A stretch of 63,471 nucleotides of DNA, filler included, from Atractiella rhizophila (taxonomy: Eukaryota), in the NCBI GenBank assembly GCA_021432655.1. It is 52 parts of 52 records of this genome, joined end to end, with 100 filler letters (N's around TTAATTAATTAA, not from the genome) between each part and the next. Parts side by side here need not be neighbours in the genome. Positions count along the whole stretch, not along the records: positions 22,661 to 23,796 come from MU273112.1; positions 23,897 to 25,032 come from MU273113.1; positions 25,133 to 26,268 come from MU273114.1; positions 26,369 to 27,501 come from MU273115.1; positions 27,602 to 28,734 come from MU273116.1; positions 28,835 to 29,967 come from MU273117.1; positions 30,068 to 31,199 come from MU273118.1; positions 31,300 to 32,429 come from MU273119.1; 44 more parts are not named here. One strand, 5' to 3'. Below the pieces are notes generated by a model that saw nothing but the letters and a program-made list of their open reading frames with translations, did no database searches and was not told the DNA's origin. Numbering within the stretch: position 1 is the stretch's first letter; the number at the start of each line of letters is the position of its first letter. Of the stretch, positions 23,088 to 37,417 are shown piece after piece. The position numbers and the translations under genes are program-made.

Positions 23088-23796
23088 ATGCCCAAAATGG
23101 CAGGATTCAAGGCATTCTGGGGAGGCATCGTGCATGGATCTCCGCCGGCTTCGGATACCGCCAACCTACGAACAGACCCAAATCGTCTCAAGCGAAAGCC
23201 GTCCGCCTCTTCCTCCTCCTTTGGACGAACCCAGAAAGGATCCAAAGGCACAAAGAAGGCGAAGAAATCGAAATCTAAACCTTTTTCCATATTTTTTGAA
23301 CGCAAGTCAAAGCTAGTACCTTTTGAAGAAACAGGCTCAGTTTCAGTGGATGAGGAGGACTGGGTGGTAATTGATGAGGGAGGGAATGGGACGAATGCTG
23401 CGCGGATCAGGAATGGCAGTGGATATTATGCTTCGAGTGTGAGGAGTCGTGGTAGTAAGGGATCGGGCAAGCTAGGATCTCGAAAAAGAAAGCGCGGATG
23501 GATGTGTAAGTCGAGCACTTCGCCTTGGAATCTTGACCCAATGATGAAGTGTTTATGACAGCGTCGCGACGCTCAAATCAAGCTGCATCTTCTGGTAGCA
23601 TACGTTCACATCGAAACCCTCACTCCCCTCCCACTCCGGCGACTCTCCAACTTCGATCAGGTACCCCAACGTTTGGTCGCAACCGTCGAGAGATCAACTC
23701 TTCTGATGCTCTCATGAAATCTGTCATTGGGTTGTGGGATGAGAACGGCGTTGTTCGGCCTGACGCGTTCCAGAGCACAGAAAAAACGACCAGGGA
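23088..23796 (+). CDS. Hypothetical low-complexity Ser/Lys-rich protein, 5' part
   Basis: Two long ORFs joined in frame by a GTAAGT...CAG intron (~23507-23561). Confidence 0.6.
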
Positions 23797-23896
23797 NNNN
23801 NNNNNNNNNNNNNNNNNNNNNNNNNNNNNNNNNNNNNNNNTTAATTAATTAANNNNNNNNNNNNNNNNNNNNNNNNNNNNNNNNNNNNNNNNNNNN

Positions 23897-24480
23897 TCCC
23901 AGCTTTTTACTGGCTGGGTGATCGACGATGCTAGAGGGTCACGATACAGGGCATATTCGTGGGCTGACAGTTTCTCTACGTTCTTGGATGCATATGGTGC
24001 GGAGTGACCAAAAACGAGTCGAGGATTGTCAAGCGTGTCACTCCACCAGGAGTGCAGTCCTTTGGTCCATCCTACAAAGCCCACTGCAACGGGTTTTCCA
24101 TCTTTACCGTCATTGACTCTGTAGATCCAGAAGCACAGAACTACGGCCATCTGTAAAGTCCAAAGGTTGGCTTGATTTTGTGACAGCGGTGGCGGGGTCA
24201 CAATTGAAGCAAGCATCCACACTGTAGGATTATCAGCTTTTGCTTTGCACGTAAAGGCTTGGAGACTGGACCTAGAGCCATGTACACATTATGGATCTCG
24301 TATCGCGTGTCGTAATAATTGACTGTAGTTGGAGGTTTAACATAACGATCTTCATTCCCTTGATAAGGCCTCAGGAACTTGTTGTACACCTCGATGAACT
24401 TGTCTTCATCACTAGACCTTTGCAGGCGGTGTCTACCTGTTCTGATCTCATGTACAACTTCTTCAAAGAAGCTAACGATC
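23897..24480 (-). CDS. Hypothetical protein, internal exons
   Basis: Two open exons (IVSFFEEVVHEI...MALGP and WMLASIV...PVKSW) separated by a short GT-AG intron. No family recognised. Confidence 0.4.
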
Positions 24481-26368
24481 TATAACGGCGTCAACTCCAG
24501 CTGTTATGCTGATGCTCTCTTACCTCAATCATCGTCCACTTGCAAGCAGCCCACCGGGTGGTACTATGGTTGAACTGAGTTCTGATGTCTGTAGACATGA
24601 TGGTGCTGTGCGGAGGTATCAATGGCATCCGCCACTTTTATAGACGACCATTTTCGTAGTCTTCGTGAGCCTTGTTCTACCATTGCCTTGATGAATGCTT
24701 GTTGCCTTCCATAAACGTCGTCCTGCTGAACAAAGGGCAATGTATCACTAACTTATTGACTCACTGAACTTCTTGTTGCCTATAAACGATTTATTACCTT
24801 GGAACAAAGGATGATCCACGGGCATCGTATTACTTGCTGAGTACTTGTTGCCTTCACTTACGATTCACTGATTTTAAAAGAGGACAATCTAACACTACCT
24901 TATTCCCTGAGGGAGTTGCCGACGCGAACGATTTACCGCCTTTGATCAAAGGACGATACGATCCAGTCCCAGCTTATCACTTTGCTGAGTCCTTTGTGTC
25001 TACACGAATGGTTCGATCAGCCCTTGATCAATNNNNNNNNNNNNNNNNNNNNNNNNNNNNNNNNNNNNNNNNNNNNTTAATTAATTAANNNNNNNNNNNN
25101 NNNNNNNNNNNNNNNNNNNNNNNNNNNNNNNNTGTAGCAACGATGAGGACAGCTTCGCAATGGAGCTCACCAAAAATGTAGGACTATAGGATCATGATGT
25201 TGACGTTGACAACTGCTCTGGAAACAGCCGAAGAGATTATGTACCTGAAACAGAGAAACATTTTGGCCGGATAGTCGAGCCGAGAATATCCTGTCAGTGG
25301 CGTGTAGAGTTTGATCATGTTGAATAACAGAGCCGTCTGTTCAGGAAGATAAGCTGGTGAGTCTAAAGAGTCTTCTGACACTACCTTGTTCAAGCAGCTG
25401 CAGCATTTCCCATTTCCCTCGCGCGCGGTATTGGAGCTAGAGGGAAACCTGTTGAAAATGATCGCATGATCTAGCAATATGCAGACACACCTCTTGCTTA
25501 GACTCCCGCCAATCCTTCATGATTTCCCTGATGCGAAACCCAATAGCGTCAACTGTTGCTAGAACGAAAGGATCCAGCACTTCGTCTGCCGTTGAAGGTG
25601 GCGCGATTATCTCCTCCATCAGACTCAACAATAAGTCCATCTGGATCAGGCGATTTTCGAGGTTCTGTCTGATTGTCGTCAACTTCTTCTCGATTGTCGT
25701 TTGCGGAATCTGTTGATGTAGGTAGATTAGCACGGGTAAGCGAAGGATTCTCAAGACTCAAGACATTAATCCATGTGGGGTTGCAAATTTGTTCGAATGA
25801 ATGCGATGTTCGTTGCAATAGCAATGCCCCACCACTTTTATAGGAAGCTGTTGCGTCCTTTGTGTCGTTTCGGTTCAAGTTAGCCTTTGGGCTTTGCACC
25901 CTCACGGGGGACAAAATTAGCTCCGTAGCCAGATTTTTCGGCTCCGGATAATATCTCCGGCCCCGATAATCCCCCCTTGACAAAGTGCCTCAATCTCAGG
26001 CTGCCTACGCTAGACAGCCCCAGTAACACCGTAGAAACTTAATAACACAAAGCGTCTCAAAGGTGGCGAAGGAATTCGGAAAAGGGAAGTTTGCCGTTTC
26101 GGAAGGATCGGATGACACAAGTAGCGGTTTGCAGGTATAAAGATTTCAGGTATGGTTTTTATCATCCTCTGCTTTTCTTTCACTTCTTTGGCGTCTCGGT
26201 ATAGTTTATTCTATCTGACTTTGAACTTCTTCCTCCTTCTTCGTGTTCCTCTTCGTCCCTCTCCTCTANNNNNNNNNNNNNNNNNNNNNNNNNNNNNNNN
26301 NNNNNNNNNNNNTTAATTAATTAANNNNNNNNNNNNNNNNNNNNNNNNNNNNNNNNNNNNNNNNNNNN

Positions 26369-27501
26369 GGAGTGTTTACCAGCGTGCGGATGGTTTCCAC
26401 TATCTTCGACACGGCGGATACGGCCGTGGTGTCGGCTTTGCTGAGCGTTTCTGAGAGGGTGAGCAGGCTGGAGAGACTGGCTGTCTGGAGGCATACGGGT
26501 TAGTCTTTGCTGTGCGAGCTGTAAAATTCGCCACGCCATGCACGGCAAACTATACGTGTGAGCTCATTCTCCTCTTTTCGGAGACGAGAGAGCCTATCAG
26601 CGTAGAATCATATCAAGCATCAAGCTCCTTCAACACGGACCACGACATTCGTCGTCATGCTGAAACTATTTCACAATCGAGCGTTTGCTTGGTCTGCGTT
26701 CAAATACTGCAATATGCCAAGTCCTGCTGAAGCGACATGCAACCACTGGAATAAACCCATGTTGTGTGCAAAAAAACCACCTTGGTCACAGTTCTCACGA
26801 GGAACAACCGCGAAAGGGAAATTGATCGAATCTTAATCGCTGCTGCCCACTGGAGGTCATTCCTTCTCTTGATGCAGGAATGCATTCACAGCCGCTGTGA
26901 CGAGAGGAGAGCATCAAACATGAAATGTAAATCAAACTCTGGCTATGGATCGATAGTGCAGACATGCTTGCTTCCTCGTACACGGAGAGCTTGAAATCAC
27001 CTCAGAAGCCATCCCTCGCTTAAGAAATACGAGTTGAGAATCGCCCACAAAGTGACCCTCATTCAACCATTGCAACAAAATACCATGTCTACGTCTGATT
27101 GAAATACCAGTCACTGAAGAGGATATATGCTCAACTAGGTGGGTGCGGCTAACATCAGATGAGATAGAACTGTTCATAACACTTCACAATAGGACATCTT
27201 TTGCTTTCGTCTTCAATACGATGGGAACCGCCTAAAAAACAGACGGAGGCAGATAGTCCTTCTGCTCGTTATAAGATCAGACGCGCTTGAATCTCCAAAG
27301 TTGCAAGTTCTCATCCATGAGCTGCGCTATTGAGGGAGAATATTCCAGTAACAAAACACACATCCAATCACACCTAGAAAGCATAGCAAGGAGAAAGTCG
27401 CTCACCTTAACCTCTGCCCCTGCCCATCCATTCCAACCCCTGACATCTCCCAGCCCTTTCTTGTCGACCACCCCCTTTAACTGTTCCATCATTGTTCCCG
27501 G
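26369..27501. repeat. Diverged duplicate of contig 15197-16349
   Basis: Same start (TTTACCAGCGTGCGGATGG) and end (CCATCATTGTTCCCGG); colinear throughout. Confidence 0.95.
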
Positions 27502-28834
27502 NNNNNNNNNNNNNNNNNNNNNNNNNNNNNNNNNNNNNNNNNNNNTTAATTAATTAANNNNNNNNNNNNNNNNNNNNNNNNNNNNNNNNNNNNNNNNNNN
27601 NGGAAGGAAGAACAGGAGGGATGGTGCTGTTGTCGCCTTGGCTAGGCAGAAATTTGGAGCGGGAACGGTGGTTACCAGCAAAGCGGAGGATCAAGTTGTG
27701 AGATTGGAATTGGGAAAGGCAGTGAAGAGCTCTTTGGTGCAGGGTGCGTCGAAGTATGCTCTCCCATTCGTGTGTCAATGTCTCGGGATAATGTGTTGTG
27801 TGGCCAAAGCCTATAGCCCGTTTTGCGGCGTAGAAGCAGCAGAGAAGAATTGCGATTTGTGCGGAATGCCAGTACCTGTGAAGTTTCTGATCAATTAGAG
27901 ATCATGAACCCCTTTCAATGATGAAGATGTTACGTTGTAACGCATTCGGAATCTCCTGCTCTTTATTTGCGGCTTTGCAACTCTCGGCTTGCGGACTGAG
28001 CTTATGCTTAGGTCCCGACTGTGTCATCAGCTGTATTATTGGTTTTCTTTATGGATTTGTCTGTCATACCATCACCGTAACCGCCGCTCCTTTGTTCAAA
28101 AGTTGTGGCCTAAATACGGCACTTTCCAACATCGCCCCAATTTTGCATTTTCATAGCTAAAATCTAGCTCTCATTATTAAACTACCGTCATCTCTTCGCT
28201 GACCGACTCCAATGTAGAGTTCCTCTCTTCCCAATACACGCCAGAGCATCTTTATCCATGGCACAAATTTTACCACGCTTTCAACACCGACACCATGACG
28301 CGAGAACAGGAATCCCTAGCAGAAGCTGTTTTCATGACCGCATCTCGATCGTCCAAACTCCTGGCTGACCGCAGAGGTGCGTCTCTTAGTCTTACCATAT
28401 GCTATGTAAAGCTCACATCCTAGACAGACGTTCGTACGTTTAAACTACCACCTCATCTGGAATGTCTGACCAGAAACAGGGTCGAAATTATGGGAATCTG
28501 CACTCGCAATGACCGAGTCTCGGGGAGTGACGAAAGGGAAATTGGGCATGGAGACGTTAGCGATACTCATTTTGCTCTTGAATGCATTCCATCGTCAGTT
28601 CCTCTCAGGCTCTAGCTCCCTATCTCCCCAGCTGAAAAGGTGATAGACGAGCCGGATCAAACGACTAATATACGACTGTACACTGTGCTGGCATGTGAAC
28701 AGCTCAAAATTTACTTTGAAAGCACACCCACAAANNNNNNNNNNNNNNNNNNNNNNNNNNNNNNNNNNNNNNNNNNNNTTAATTAATTAANNNNNNNNNN
28801 NNNNNNNNNNNNNNNNNNNNNNNNNNNNNNNNNN

Positions 28835-29967
28835 ACGGGAGGATGGATTGCCCTCATGCTTGGACGATTGGGAATGACCGTTCAAGAATGCATCCGTGCG
28901 TGCGAACAGATTGTGCAGCAAGTCTTTTCCGAAGAACTCCAACCTCGAATGGAGGCTGCGTGTACTCCGCGGAGAGGCTCGAAGCCGTCTTCCACGGCAT
29001 CATTGCTCGACATGCTTCATCATCTGTGCCATCGTCCCGTCTTCCTATGAAGGATGACAAAATTGCAGATCGATGCAAAACATTCATCGTCTCAAGATAC
29101 GAATCAGATGCCGTCGTTTCGACAGAGATGCGCACGTACGACGTCCCCCATGCAGCTCGCTTTGCTGCTCAATATGCAGTGTGGAAGGCAGCAAGAGCAA
29201 CCTCCTCTGATCCTAACTTCTTCCCTCCCATCGTCATCGGCAACACTAAATATGTCGCCATGGGAAACAATAACCCAGCAGCATTAGCGATTGACGAGTC
29301 AAAGAGGATTTGGGGAGAAAGAAGCCAAGTTGCCTGTCTCGTATCTTTGGGGTCAGGGCTTGCTCAAGCTGTCTCATTGGGTCATACGATGGCTGAGATT
29401 GAGCAGGCTGTGAATGCCATCGTCGAGGACTGCTCCCGCGTGGCGAATCAGGTGAAAATGACGATGCAAGAACAACGTCTGGGTCATCGCTACCATCCCT
29501 TTTCCGACCATACGGTGGAAAGCATCAAGAGGGAGGAGTGGGAGCGAACTCAGGTCGTGGTCGGCCGTACGAAAGGCGTATATCGGCGCCATGGTTCATG
29601 AAGCTCGTCCTGCTGCTGACCATCTCGTACAAGGTATGATCCCTCACCTCCCGTTTCGTTCGTTACTATGTTGATGTTCTGATAGTGTGCAGTGAACGGA
29701 TTACAGTTCGTCGAAGGTTTCCGTTACCGCCTCCACGGCCTTGCTTTGGGCGAGAGGCTGAGATCCAACTTGCGAGAGAAGCTATCCTTAGTGGCCGTCA
29801 CGTCGCGATTGTTGGTGGAGCTGGAAATGGAAAATCCACCGTTGCACTCGACACATTGCACGCAGGGGAGATCAAGCGGGCCTTCGCAGCGGACACTCGA
29901 GAAGATCTCCGCTTTTGGGTTCGCTGCGACAACTTTGACAACTTTGCCAGGCTTTCAGATCACATTT
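28835..29967 (+). pseudogene. Patatin-like phospholipase fused to a STAND (NB-ARC-like) NTPase: fungal NLR, disrupted
   Basis: TGGWIALMLGRLGMTVQECI, VWKAARATS..P.FF, NNP and CLVSLGSG are patatin motifs. After intron 29634-29685, CFGREAE...IVGGAGNGKST is a P-loop. Frameshifts near 28929 and 29573. Confidence 0.85.
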
Positions 29968-30845
29968 NNNNNNNNNNNNNNNNNNNNNNNNNNNNNNNNN
30001 NNNNNNNNNNNTTAATTAATTAANNNNNNNNNNNNNNNNNNNNNNNNNNNNNNNNNNNNNNNNNNNNTGTTATTTATCTTAGCCGACTTATCCACATTCG
30101 ACCCGCCAGCCATTATAGCACAAACATCATTACCACTGCTTCGAGAATCGCTCAATTTGGAGTGGATCTGTTGTACCATATTTTCCCTCGGTGTTTGTTT
30201 TTCGCAGGATTGGAAGCTCAGAACCCACAAGATGTATGTCCTCCAACCTACGGGGCCGCGCTGATTTGGTACAAAAGTATCATTGGGTATCGACTTGTTT
30301 TGATCATATGGCTTCCGCCGGATGGATTTGTGCAAAACCGAAACAGCTCATGAACGAAATCCGCGAGGAAGAAACGAAATCAGGGACAATTCAGCTGACA
30401 GAAAACATTTTACAATCAGAGTATTATGTTGTTTTGTGATTGTGATATTAATTGTGATACTATATGTATGTTTACACAACACACTAATTTGTGCCCCAAA
30501 ACCGAAGACTTTGTTGCCCACTTCTTTGTCCACCAGAGCAAGCATGAGATCACGCCCCAGAAGAGCCAATCGAATCGAAGGTTCGAAACGAGTCTCTTAT
30601 GGATGACTGGACCCATTGGCATCAAGGAATGCGACAGCGACTACGTGGCCTTTCCTCCAGCATCCTAATGAATTCCACCGCCACCAAAAGGGCACCGGTG
30701 GTGCTGCTCGACCTCCAAATTGGCATGCTGGTAGAAGTTGGTGTCTCTCCGCGAAGAAGGAAGGCTCGGCTGTTAGAAACCCATTCACACGGTCCACTTT
30801 CTGCAGATACCAGTCAATACGAAATTAAGATGGAAAGCAACATAC

Positions 30846-31199
30846 CTTAATTCTTCTTTCACAATCTTGGAGGCGGCTTCATAAACTGTCCAAACATCTT
30901 CTGAGACTTCCTTTGTATTCGTCATCTAGACATCCGGCTTGGGCATCTTGAAGATAACTCTTAGTTCGGAATCCTCAACCATCAAGAAAGGATGTTTCCT
31001 TCTTGCACAAAGCAGTGCAACCCAAAAGCGAAGACGTTTGGGAAAATAGGGAAAGACTGGAATGCCATCCTGTGGCATATGTCCCACCATCCCGTCTAAC
31101 CGTCCATATCCAAAGCCATACTCATCCAGAGTGTTGCTCGCTCGGTATTGCCTCGCAAGCTTTTACTGCCGCTATCACGCCGTTTGTTAGATTCCCAGT
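30846..31199 (-). mobile_element. Degenerate hAT transposase fragment
   Basis: LRFWVALLCARRKHPFLMVEDSELRVIFKM.KPDV*M...VSEDV matches the hAT RPF-x-x-VED segment. In-frame stops. Confidence 0.6.
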
Positions 31200-31299
31200 N
31201 NNNNNNNNNNNNNNNNNNNNNNNNNNNNNNNNNNNNNNNNNNNTTAATTAATTAANNNNNNNNNNNNNNNNNNNNNNNNNNNNNNNNNNNNNNNNNNNN

Positions 31300-32429
31300 C
31301 GCTTCGTCCTCACTACTCAAATCACTCAGCACCTCATCATCGTCTTCCTTCTCCCGCTCTTGTGATTCGCTTCCGACCGATTCAGGCTCGATCACGACAC
31401 CAGCACTCATCCTGTCGTCCGTCGCAACATCGTCACCGTGTGAGACAGATGAATCGGCATAGTCGTCTAAATCTCGCTGTGCTTCATTTTCCTTCGAGTC
31501 GGCATTGGTCATCTCGACGTCTGCGCATTGTTCGACGGCCACGTCTGCAGGGATGGAATTTGATGTAACTGGGATCTCGTATCCTTCCACCTCCGCATTC
31601 GAGGATGTGGGCAGAGCTGTAGACTCGACTTCTTCATTCGCCTTTGAACTGGCATCGAGAACAGAGGAAGTCTCTTCAACGAATTCGATAGGCACCACAA
31701 CCGTCTTATTCTGCGTCGATTCTGTCTGGACTTCTGTTCGTACATATCAGTATATGCAACGCTTAAATAAACGCTATAGCTTACCTTCTAAAGTTGGAGC
31801 AATAGCGACATTATCCTCTAACTCCTTCTCCACTGCTTTCGAATCGACTTCGACTTTCTCCTCAGTTGCTGTGACTTCAGCTTCGACAGGAAGAGAGTCC
31901 ACTTGCATCTTCTCCTCAGTCACTGGGGCTTCAACGACTTTCTCCTCAGTTGCTGTAACTTCAGCTTCGACAGGAAGAGAGTCCACTTGCATCTTCTCCT
32001 CAGTCACTGGGGCTTCAACATCGACAGGAGCGGGAACTTGTTCTGAGCAACCACATCAGTAACCGTGTTTCTGGAATCGAAGGTAGACATACCATCATTA
32101 TTATGCCTGTTCCTGTGTTCCCATTCTGCCTTGACTTTCCCTTCCAACTCCTGTAGTGCTTCTTCCGCTCTCAGCACCAATCTCTTCCTCTCCTTCCTTA
32201 CTTCCTCCTTCCCTTCGCTATCGATGCCGTCCAACTCCAGCAAGAGCTTCTCCAGCTGTTCCTTCTGTGTCAGATAAGCGATGTTGGATTGGTGGAATCC
32301 AAGGATAGGGGAAGTAAGGTGCAGTGTTGACGAAGAAGGCAAAACAGTAGACGCCAGAGTTGTCAACTTGCTCGCAATCTTGGCCAAGCGTACAGAAGTC
32401 GCAGTCGGTATGAGGTCTGGGATTGGAGA
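31300..32429 (-). CDS. BAG-domain protein with an acidic repetitive tail, internal fragment
   Basis: EQLEKLLLELDGIDSEGKEEVRKERKRLV is a BAG signature. There is an 84-bp (28-aa) tandem duplication at 31851-32019 and two introns. Confidence 0.85.
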
Positions 32430-32529
32430 NNNNNNNNNNNNNNNNNNNNNNNNNNNNNNNNNNNNNNNNNNNNTTAATTAATTAANNNNNNNNNNNNNNN
32501 NNNNNNNNNNNNNNNNNNNNNNNNNNNNN

Positions 32530-33422
32530 GCAGGCCGTGGTGTTTCCGGTGAAGCGGTTGGAGTTTCGCCTGCAGCCTCCTTCCGTTCCCTCCTCTCCTG
32601 CGCCAACTTAGCCTTCTTCTCCCTCGCCTCCGCCAACACCTCAGCTTTCTTACGATCCTCTTTGTCCTTGCGCCTCTGGTCCCTCAACCGCTGCTGGGTC
32701 CTAACGACACCTTCCACATTCACAAGCCTGTCTGGACGTTTTCGGAAGTAGTAAAGCTTGACTCTCCGCTCTCTCCTAAGAAGCTGCAGCCCATGACTCC
32801 TAGCTCGCCCTTTCGCCGTCGGTCGCAAGACGACGTGGATGTGCTTGATCGTGGGAGAAAGAAGCTCGAAACGTATTTCGACGCCAGCTTTGTCGATTAC
32901 GTTTCGAAGACGGAAGGAAGTCCCCATCCCATCGCCCTTCCTGTAAATTCCCATCAAAACGCCGCTGAAGGTGGTGAACGGTGGCTCTGGATTCTCGGCT
33001 GTCGGAAGCTGCGTCCAGGTGTCGACGGTGAGAACGCTGCCTGGCAGAATTCGCTGAGGATGCCGTCGCGCAAAGTAGGGAACGATTCGTGCCAAGTGAG
33101 GAGGCACGAAAGCGCTTAAACGGCTGTTGACCTCTGAAAGGACGTTGTTTTGGGTCTTGCGGTATTTGGAAAGTGGCACTTTTGGCGCTTCGGCGGGATA
33201 AACGGCGATGTTTCGTGCGAAAGGGTAGTATGGAGGAGGAACGACAGGGGCTTCTGGAGTCTGAACCACTTCTGATACACCTCAACTCCTTAACCTTTGC
33301 AGGGAAAATTAGGCGATCTCACCTGTATTGGAAGCTGCAGCTGAGCTCGAGAATGCTCGCAAGCTTCCCAGAGGTCGTTTCAGTCCATTTCTCGCGCAAC
33401 TCCAAGCTAAGCGGCTCTCCAT
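32530..33422 (-). CDS. IMG1: Mitochondrial ribosomal protein bL19m (Img1-like)
   Basis: Presequence-like first exon (MESRLAW...RAFSSSAAA), one intron, then PGSVLTV...FSGVLMGIYRKG...TSFRLRNVIDKAGVEIRFELLSPTIK...RRVKLYYFR. Confidence 0.9.
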
Positions 33423-33802
33423 TTGACGCAGATAGCTATAAGACCTCCTCCAAAGTGAGCGAGCAGATACTAATCCCAGCACTGAAATGCTGGAAACTCC
33501 AATATTGTCGTTTGGCTGTTGGTCAATGTGTTTGTTGTTTGCTGTTCGCCTTTGCCTGAAAATGTTAGGTGTAACAAACTCAGCCCGAACCCGAAGTCGG
33601 AGGAGCGGCACGCACGGCCGCCAAGCATCAACAGGTTTAAGACCACCACCAAGACCCNNNNNNNNNNNNNNNNNNNNNNNNNNNNNNNNNNNNNNNNNNN
33701 NTTAATTAATTAANNNNNNNNNNNNNNNNNNNNNNNNNNNNNNNNNNNNNNNNNNNNACTCACCTTCTCTTTCTCTTTATCTGCTTATGTGGGGAAATTT
33801 AG

Positions 33803-34884
33803 GAATTCGGCACACCTTTGCAAGATGCTGAGCGAAGAGATTTCACCATTAACTCCTTATTTTACAACGTACATAGTGAGGAGGTTGAAGACTTTACGGG
33901 AAAGGTTCGTAAATGAACGGTTGGGGTCGCGACATTTTTCCAAAATCCTTTTCACAGGGACTTCAAGACCTCGAAGATCGCGTGATACGGACGCCGTTAG
34001 ACCCTAGGGAAACCTTCAAAGACGATCCGTTGCGCATACTGCGTGGGATCAGGTTTTGCTCACGGTTCAAGGGCTTCAAGCTGGACAAGGCCATTGAAGA
34101 AGCCGCTAAAGAGGAGAATATAAGGGTGCGTTAGTAGGATGTCTCTACTTTCGGCTGATGGAGCACTAGAATAGATCGCACTGGAACAAAAGATTTCGAG
34201 AGAGCGAGTTGGGATTGAATTGGACAAAATGCTGGAAGGTGCGCATCTTCCTTTTTTCTCTGAACTGAAATGTTTTGGACCCACATGCTCTATGTGTCAC
34301 TCAGGTCCCTCGCCTGTCCTCGCCCTCAGGTTGATTGAAGACTTCAAACTCTACAACATCGTTTACAACGTGCCATCCTCCATTAAAACGTCGTTTAAGC
34401 CTTCCAACAGTTTTATCGCCTCTAAAATTCCATCGATTCAAACGACTACACCGCCAACAGTCCTGACGCAAGCAATCGAAAAGCTTCACTCCTTCATCAA
34501 CCTGACTTCCGACCTCCATCCTCTTCTTCAACACAATGTAGATTTGATCAAAGGCGACAAAGCCCTGAGACGACGAATGTTCCTCGCTGTCTCGATGCTA
34601 CCTCTCATTGATACCGAGTTCGAGGAAAAGAAAAGGACGAAATGGATTGGGGATAAGGTGATGACCGAAAGCTTGAAGAGATCAAACGATGATCGAGATT
34701 TTGTGCTGCACCTCTTTGCAAGATACCGGGAGGCGGAATCGAAGAAATTGTCTGCACTGGTGAACGCGAAAAGCCAGAGGTCAGAGGTCGGTACGTCGTT
34801 TTTCTTCTCGTTAATTCACAGCGAGCTGAAATGTGGTAACAGGACAGCTTCTGAGGTCACTCAAGAGGGAGAATCCAAACGGAC
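33803..34884 (+). CDS. CCA1: CCA tRNA nucleotidyltransferase, internal fragment
   Basis: FGTPLQDAERRDFTINSLFYN...GLQDL...IRTPLDPRETFKDDPLRILRGIRF...KISRERVGIELDKML. Confidence 0.95.
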
Positions 34885-34986
34885 NNNNNNNNNNNNNNNN
34901 NNNNNNNNNNNNNNNNNNNNNNNNNNNNTTAATTAATTAANNNNNNNNNNNNNNNNNNNNNNNNNNNNNNNNNNNNNNNNNNNNGC

Positions 34987-36103
<1,117 letters not shown>

Positions 36104-36610
36104 NNNNNNNNNNNNNNNNNNNNNNNNNNNNNNNNNNNNNNNNNNNNTTAATTAATTAANNNNNNNNNNNNNNNNNNNNNNNNNNNNNNNNNNNNNNNNN
36201 NNNCCTACACTCCTTCTTCAGAAATTCAGATGCTGTCGGATCCATAAGGCATTGACACAGTTTTGTCTTTTGCGAAGACCGCAAGCCCGCCCGCGACCGT
36301 ACCTCGCACGGGTATCCCCACGGGGGGGTGGGAGTTTCCCCGTGAGACGAGGACGGTGCGAGTGACGGTCTTGATTTCGAGGATGACGATGACCGTGGTC
36401 CACCGTGGGGTTGACCGTGAGCATCGACGGGGGCACGGGGGGCACAGGGGTACGGAGGAACTTGCGAGGGAATGGCGAGGTTGCGAGGGGATGGGGAGAT
36501 GGTAGGAGCATTAGGCGGAGGGAAGGAGGACTGATGGTCAGGCTTATATGTGCCATACTGTACGGTCCATTTTTTTTTCTTTGCAATGTGTATCGTGTAT
36601 CCCGCCCATC

Positions 36611-37317
36611 ATGCCCGCCGTCCCTTCCGCTGACCCCGCCCCCAATCAAGAGCCTGTTGCTCCATCCAGTAATGTTGTGGACCTTACTGGCTCTGCCCCC
36701 TCCCCCCCTGAAAAAGCGCTCTCGCTCGTACTCCGATTCTGAAGAAGACATAGTTGGTGTTGACGACGTTGAAGATGCCGGCTATGGGTAGCATTTGTGA
36801 GGAGACCACCAGAAGGGATAAAGAGTATTGTCGGATACGATGCTATCGCAGGCTGGTCTGATCGTGAAATCATCGGTGAGTATTCATGTTGATTGGATGA
36901 GGGAAATAGAGGTGATGCGGGTTTGTGGCTACAGACCTTACACGTTGGAAACAGTCTGAGTGCTATAAGCACTTCAAACTGGTGCCAGTGCTGGAGCGAA
37001 CAACATTTTAGAAGAGCACTCAATCCGGAAACACTGGTGACCTCCGCATCAGGTACACCTGGACATGCAAGCATGACCCTTCGCACAAATTTAGCCGCTT
37101 CCGCGATCAAACCAGCACGAAGGACATAACAGCAGATGTCAAAAAATGTGTGGTATGCATCTCTTTCGCTTTGAGCTGCAAGAGCCTCGCTGAGTATCTG
37201 GCATTACCTAGGCAAAACTTGTAAAGAAGCAGACAAAGCTGGCTGCCACTGGAGACACAGTGACAGTATCCGAACAGTTTTCACATGGGGACAGGACATT
37301 TGCGTCTCGAGTCTATC
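36611..37317 (+). mobile_element. hAT-type transposase N-terminus with a BED-finger-like region, degenerate
   Basis: WKQSECYKHF...YTWTCKHDPSHKFSRFRDQTSTKDITADVKKC resembles basidiomycete hAT BED-like fingers. In-frame stops; preceded by a cluster of ACGG/CCGT motifs. Confidence 0.55.
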
Positions 37318-37417
37318 NNNNNNNNNNNNNNNNNNNNNNNNNNNNNNNNNNNNNNNNNNNNTTAATTAATTAANNNNNNNNNNNNNNNNNNNNNNNNNNN
37401 NNNNNNNNNNNNNNNNN

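Noticed and set aside
31505..33285. Long antisense or alternative-frame ORFs (e.g. 31505-32062 +, 32800-33285 -)
   Set aside because: These are shadow ORFs of the BAG and bL19m genes and have no independent motifs.
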